Shown here: positions 59,517 through 64,000 of the stretch, in pieces
How the letters are laid out: the number at the start of each line of letters is the position of its first letter
Numbering within the stretch: position 1 is the first letter of the stretch
IMG/VR virus record: IMGVR_UViG_3300037067_005321
Location: 1 to 64,000 of that record
Source of the DNA: a virus
Taxonomy: Duplodnaviria > Caudoviricetes
DNA length: 64,000 bases
Reading direction: 5' to 3' (one strand)
Position numbers and translations under genes: made by a program
Notes under the pieces: model-generated
The model's input: only the letters and a program-made list of their open reading frames with translations
Told to the model about the DNA's origin: nothing
The model's database searches: none

Positions 59517-59598
59517 GTCATTAACCTCCGTAATAGGATTATTCTAGGGTGTGGATGAAGATTACGGCCCCATCCACATTTAATCCTGCCAGACCCTA
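59517..59598 (-). ncRNA. structured leader, class B copy 2
   Basis: Closing stem TAGGG/CCCTA; hairpin TGTGGATGGGG-CCGTAAT-CTTCATCCACA whose loop is complementary to ATTACGG before the AGGT RBS; an extra AGGATTA/TAATCCT pairing. Confidence 0.78.
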
Positions 59599-59604
59599 TT
59601 TTAT

Positions 59605-59632
59605 AATATAATCATTTTATTTCTTTTGTCAA
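59605..59632 (-). promoter_or_regulatory. sigma70-like promoter
   Basis: TTGACA-N12-TGAT-TATATT. Confidence 0.65.
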
Positions 59633-59673
59633 GTAGTAAAATAATTATAGTCTATAAGTTATTGATATTATTA

Positions 59674-60633
59674 CTAAATGGCGTTGGCGATCCAATGTCT
59701 CCACTGGTTAATACACCCACCAAACCTTGTAAAAATTGTTGCATAATATCTCTTTGACGTTTCATCCTGCCAGAAATCAAGAGTGACATCCTCACGATTT
59801 GTGGCTAAAAGACCATTCCTCAATTTTCCCATGAACCAACCATCTGTATCAGTAAGATATGCCCACTCCATAGGAGTAAGTATTTGATACATTGTGTTGA
59901 CATCATTATCCTGATTACCAGGAATTAAGGTACTATTGAGAATTGTCTGAGCAGTAAACTTCAATGCAGGAGGAATCAAAAGAACATCAGGTATAAGTTC
60001 TATACGATCATCTCTTTCATCCCTATTGTTAGTTGTAGTATACTGCAAATAAACAGTCTCAAGATTATCCTTCGTCAATGTATATGACGAATTGTAGTTA
60101 GAGTAATCAGTTCCACCTTTACTTGTATGAGAAGTAGAGAAGAAATAATCACCATCATAAATATAACCAGATGCACCCATTGTATCATCAATAACACCTG
60201 TTATAGTGTTATTAAATACATCAGTACCAGCACCATTGGCTCCATAATTAAAAAACTTAGCATAGAATTTCTCTTTTGTAATAGGAAGCTTTTGACTCCA
60301 AGAAGCTACTGCATTCTGTAAAAGATTACCTGACTTTTTAGAATCCTTCATTGATTCATAAGAGAACTTTGTACCTCTTGCAAAAGATTTATTAGCACAT
60401 ATAATTGTGTAACTTTCAATGGGGGCCTCAAATTCTATATCCTCATCTTCAGGTTTTTCTAACAATTCACCCAACCCAATAGCAGACGAAAACTTTTCGT
60501 AAGCCGCATCGGAAGGAATAACATCAAAAATTTGCTCATACTTCGGGGGGGTTTGTGGATAGGCTTCCCAAAAATAACTATATGAGTCACGTTTCATTCC
60601 TTCGGTAAAATCTGAACGTTTTACACCAGCCAT
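59674..60633 (-). CDS. major capsid protein (HK97 fold, Mu gpT-like)
   Basis: Follows the scaffold and decoration genes; DG..FFSTSH, PDVLLIPPAL, YLTDTDGWF, RFG....WR. Confidence 0.9.
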   Translation of the reverse strand: MAGVKRSDFTEGMKRDSYSYFWEAYPQTPPKYEQIFDVIPSDAAYEKFSSAIGLGELLEKPEDEDIEFEAPIESYTIICANKSFARGTKFSYESMKDSKKSGNLLQNAVASWSQKLPITKEKFYAKFFNYGANGAGTDVFNNTITGVIDDTMGASGYIYDGDYFFSTSHTSKGGTDYSNYNSSYTLTKDNLETVYLQYTTTNNRDERDDRIELIPDVLLIPPALKFTAQTILNSTLIPGNQDNDVNTMYQILTPMEWAYLTDTDGWFMGKLRNGLLATNREDVTLDFWQDETSKRYYATIFTRFGGCINQWRHWIANAI

Positions 60634-60650
60634 CTATATATCACCTCTCC

Positions 60651-61133
60651 TTATGTATGATACTGCACAAATGCAGGTTTAACTCTCACACGAACTGTAT
60701 GAGCATCTTTGTTAAAATCTACAACTGTAAGTGTAGAAGCGGTGCAAGCACCTATCTTAGCTTTCATAATTGTAGTATAAGTTGATCCATCAATTACTAT
60801 ACCAGCAGCAGCACCAATATAAGTAGCTGTCATGGATGCAGCAGTTTCCTTTACAGGAAGTTCAAAAACATCATCCAACCCAGGAGTTATGACAAAAACT
60901 TTGTCAGCCCTGCCTGTGGCAGACGATTTCCATGCATTATATCCATCAGCATCTTTTGGTGTTACTGCCCAACCCATGACTTGGGTTGTATTCGAGGCAC
61001 ACATAGTAACATCCCCGCTACTAAGATAAACAAACTTTCCACCTTTACGAGAAAAGTATTGATCAGCAGCGACACGATATTCTCTACCCTTGCCAGGACC
61101 AGCAACATGACCATATCGTATATCACTCGACAT
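60651..61133 (-). CDS. capsid decoration/cement protein
   Basis: Position between the scaffold and major capsid genes; beta-rich. Confidence 0.65.
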   Translation of the reverse strand: MSSDIRYGHVAGPGKGREYRVAADQYFSRKGGKFVYLSSGDVTMCASNTTQVMGWAVTPKDADGYNAWKSSATGRADKVFVITPGLDDVFELPVKETAASMTATYIGAAAGIVIDGSTYTTIMKAKIGACTASTLTVVDFNKDAHTVRVRVKPAFVQYHT

Positions 61134-61168
61134 TTATATAATCACCTATTTTGAAATAGAATAATTTT

Positions 61169-62089
61169 TTATTCTTTTTTAGGATGCAATTTTGCATCTC
61201 TCTTCTTTTTAATCTCTATAAGATCTTCAACTGAAAGACCTTTTTCATCTGCTTCTTCAATTAAATCTGGATCTTTTGGATCATATGTACCTGGAGTGCT
61301 CTTAGAGAGCTTTTTATTTTTGTCAGATGAGTCATCCCCACCCTTCTTTAGATCCGGTCCACCTACTTTAATTTTAGACTTTACAAGGTTCTCATTTTTA
61401 GGATCTGATAGAAATTCTTTGACAATATCTTCAACTGTTTTTCTATCCTTCAATTTTCCGTTATTGTCTCTTATATCATGTGAAAATTCATCCAAACTTT
61501 CATCATACTCAAATTTATACTCAAGCATATTCATTATTTGAGAAGGATTAAAGGCATCATACTTAATAGCAGATTCCATTAGTTCACTCCTAAGCCTTGA
61601 TTTTCTTAAATTTGAAATAACGCCATCTTTGTCTGCTAACTTCTTTTGTAATTCTTCAGTAGCTTTTTTTGTACCATTAAGATTGTCTTCCATCTCTTTC
61701 TTAAAAGTATCAAACTTTTTATTGAAAGAGAATTCAGCTTTTTCAAGATCAGACTTCTTACTCATTTCCAAATCTTCCTTCTCCTTGTCAATTGAAGCTT
61801 TATGATCTTTCAATTCTTGGAGTTCTTTCTTTAGAGCAGTAAGTTCATCACCTTTAGGCATATCTTTAATTTGTGCCTCAAGATCTTTCATCTGATCACG
61901 CAATTTATTACGTTCCTCTTTGACTTTATCTCGATCTTTAAACGCCTTTTTACTTTCTTCTTTCCAGAATTTCTTATCCTTCTTCTCTTCTTCTTCTATC
62001 TGTTTTGTTAAATCATCATCACTAATATTTTCATCTTTTATTTCAATTTCCAACTCTTTTGCTTTATCTAAAAGTTCTTTCTTTGCCAT
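61169..62089 (-). CDS. capsid scaffolding protein
   Basis: Highly charged coiled coil between the portal and capsid genes. Confidence 0.8.
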   Translation of the reverse strand: MAKKELLDKAKELEIEIKDENISDDDLTKQIEEEEKKDKKFWKEESKKAFKDRDKVKEERNKLRDQMKDLEAQIKDMPKGDELTALKKELQELKDHKASIDKEKEDLEMSKKSDLEKAEFSFNKKFDTFKKEMEDNLNGTKKATEELQKKLADKDGVISNLRKSRLRSELMESAIKYDAFNPSQIMNMLEYKFEYDESLDEFSHDIRDNNGKLKDRKTVEDIVKEFLSDPKNENLVKSKIKVGGPDLKKGGDDSSDKNKKLSKSTPGTYDPKDPDLIEEADEKGLSVEDLIEIKKKRDAKLHPKKE

Positions 62090-62144
62090 CTAAGGTATCC
62101 CCCTTTACTTATAAACTAACGTCCGTTAGTTGTTAAATTGTTAA

Positions 62145-63719
62145 TTATTCAGTTTTATTAAAAACTTTCTTTTTACTTTTCTTACCTTTTACTAATTCTT
62201 CATTTTGCTTTTTAGATGTGAATGTGTTAGCTAAACGATTTACATTAGGATTTCCATCATCCTCAATATCAGAATCATTTGTACCATCAAAAGAATTTCC
62301 ACCCTTGATTGATTCTACAATTCCATCTCCATCTTCAATCTCTTGTTCAATTTCAGATTTAATATCATCTGTAATAGTTGGTAGAGATTTAGCAGCAACT
62401 TTCTTCTGTAAAGTCTTATTAAGTCTAACAGAAAAATTCCTTTCCATAACTTTAAGTATAGAATCTAATTCATCTTGTAAAGCAGCTATATCAAAAGTAG
62501 TAGGATATTTTACAGGAACATATTTGGAATAATCTTCACCCAAGTAATCATATACTATTTTAGATATATCATTTTCAGCCTTTTGATATGAGCTCGCTTT
62601 TTCAACAAGAGCAGAATTAACACTCATAAAACCCATTTGTTTGGAACGTCCACTTACTGACGCATACATATCTTCTGATGATCCTATAAGTCTAGCCAAT
62701 CTATATATCTCTTTTATATGATCTATAACAAGTGACCATATAGTTTGTATATTAGCTACATCTGGAGATATAAATTGGGGAGGATGTGTTGCATCACCAG
62801 AGAATGTCCAAACAGATGAAGTACCAATCTGGTGCAATGGATCTTCTTCATCCTCATTTTTCTCAGATAATGAACCATCATCTGGAACTACCAATTGAGA
62901 AAAAGTTTGTCTTTCAATCTGTTCATCTATACAGGAACACCAGTTAAGAATAGTTCTATTTATATATACTATATCTTTTAATAAAGATTCACCAACTTTA
63001 TCATCTTCCATAGTATTATGATAAATAGTAACAAGAGGTATATAGCCTAAAGGATTCTTTCCAGAAGATTCTTCTTTATCTCCTAACTTTATTTTATTAC
63101 CATCTTGATCCTCAATCCACCATTCCTCTTTTGTATATACAAGAAAATGTTCTTCCTCTTCTCTTTTTATAGTTATGTCTTCATCACGATAGTATGAATA
63201 CTTTACAACTATCCAGTTTAAATCACCATTTGAATCAGTAGACCAATCTACTAATTCTGTGGGTTTAACTATTCTTATTTTAGGAGTAAGTTTTAATTCT
63301 TTTTCTTGAGCTTTTGTAATAGGAGAAGAAGTTTTGAAGGGCATGGTAAGAAGAATATGAACAACACCAAATACTGAGGAAAGATATCCAGATCTTTTGA
63401 TAAGATCTGTAATTGCTAATCTTTGACCATCTACATTTGATCTGAAATATGTTAGTTTTTCATCTGGTGGTCTGTCAATACTTTCTTTCATGATATAAGA
63501 GTTTATCATTTTTGGAAGAGTATCACAAAAATTTAGAAAGTATGCTCTTTGCAATCTTTCATCGTAATCATCAGATTCTTCTAAACGATGAGAAAATAGA
63601 TTTTCATCAGTAACAAAATCATCTCCACCTTTGGCAGCAGAATAATAGAGTTCCCACTTATCCTCATTATCTTCATATTTTGGATGTTTTCTATCAGCTA
63701 TCTTTATCTTGTCTGCCAT
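62145..63719 (-). CDS. portal protein
   Basis: 524 aa after the terminase; HP.Y...W...Y.ERL.RA.F.N, LGYIPLV, SG.SK motifs. Confidence 0.88.
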   Translation of the reverse strand: MADKIKIADRKHPKYEDNEDKWELYYSAAKGGDDFVTDENLFSHRLEESDDYDERLQRAYFLNFCDTLPKMINSYIMKESIDRPPDEKLTYFRSNVDGQRLAITDLIKRSGYLSSVFGVVHILLTMPFKTSSPITKAQEKELKLTPKIRIVKPTELVDWSTDSNGDLNWIVVKYSYYRDEDITIKREEEEHFLVYTKEEWWIEDQDGNKIKLGDKEESSGKNPLGYIPLVTIYHNTMEDDKVGESLLKDIVYINRTILNWCSCIDEQIERQTFSQLVVPDDGSLSEKNEDEEDPLHQIGTSSVWTFSGDATHPPQFISPDVANIQTIWSLVIDHIKEIYRLARLIGSSEDMYASVSGRSKQMGFMSVNSALVEKASSYQKAENDISKIVYDYLGEDYSKYVPVKYPTTFDIAALQDELDSILKVMERNFSVRLNKTLQKKVAAKSLPTITDDIKSEIEQEIEDGDGIVESIKGGNSFDGTNDSDIEDDGNPNVNRLANTFTSKKQNEELVKGKKSKKKVFNKTE

Positions 63720-63727
63720 AACTCTCC

Positions 63728-64000
63728 TTAATCTTTTTTTGTTCTCCTACAAGTAAGTTTAAACTTTTTCTTACTACATATTCTAAATGCCATTTCTAAT
63801 GAATCAATTGCATCATCAAATAAATCTCCTTCACCTGTCCAATCCAATATCTGATCTACTGCAAATCTATATTCTTTTGTAAAATTATACTTTTGCGAAT
63901 CAAAAACTATAGTCTTATCTTTTATAAATGGTATAAGACCTTCTATCCTTAATTTCTTATCACTATAGTTTTGTAATTCTTCAGTTGGAATTCTATAACC
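63728..64000 (-). CDS. terL: terminase large subunit, C-terminal fragment
   Basis: Manual translation ...KKLRIEGLIP...FDDAIDSLEMA...*, directly upstream of the portal. Confidence 0.8.
   Translation of the reverse strand, partial: GYRIPTEELQNYSDKKLRIEGLIPFIKDKTIVFDSQKYNFTKEYRFAVDQILDWTGEGDLFDDAIDSLEMAFRICSKKKFKLTCRRTKKD

Noticed and set aside
10556-59598. Leaders as hammerhead ribozymes, CRISPR repeats or terminators
   Set aside because: No CUGANGA core despite the GAAA, the copies are dispersed rather than arrayed, and no consistent U-tract follows the stems.
2041-62532. Many antisense or nested ORFs in the track (e.g. 5084-5449, 7671-8069, 27215-27628, 54283-54747, 62218-62532)
   Set aside because: They overlap well-supported genes on the opposite strand or frame and have no recognisable motifs; they are shadow ORFs.
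1-64000. Genome-wide stop-codon reassignment, suggested by the TAG at 235 and a tRNA-Trp
   Set aside because: Long genes are intact in the standard code, TAG and TGA end many tightly packed genes, and the tRNA anticodon is CCA rather than a suppressor.
1-64000. Archaeal virus, suggested by frequent AGGTGA ribosome-binding sites
   Set aside because: AGGTGA also pairs with bacterial 16S rRNA, and the M15 endolysin, lipoprotein and TTGACA promoters indicate a bacterial host.

Overview
An AT-rich segment of a tailed dsDNA bacteriophage genome with siphovirus-like gene order, arranged as two convergent arms that meet at a bidirectional terminator near 11,570. The left arm (+ strand, 1-11,552) carries early/middle genes: two exonucleases, a class II B12-dependent ribonucleotide reductase, an RNA ligase, tRNA-Trp and many small hypotheticals. 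The right arm (- strand, 64,000 to 11,610) is the late region. In order it holds the terminase C-terminus, portal, scaffold, capsid decoration and major capsid genes, then five signal-peptide-bearing proteins (a mostly GC-richer block), a lysis cassette, and a ~13 kb glycosyltransferase/methyltransferase/radical-SAM cluster. Neck and tail genes follow: tail tube, a frameshifted chaperone, tape measure, an intein-interrupted gpL-like protein, NlpC/P60 and a 2399-aa tail tip protein. The strongest unexplained signal is five dispersed free-standing endonuclease genes (four with a shared HNH-like domain, one PD-(D/E)xK). Each is preceded by a compact structured leader whose 7-nt hairpin loop is complementary to that gene's own ribosome-binding region, with four different loop sequences co-varying with their targets. 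All calls come from reading motifs by eye; no database searches were run.
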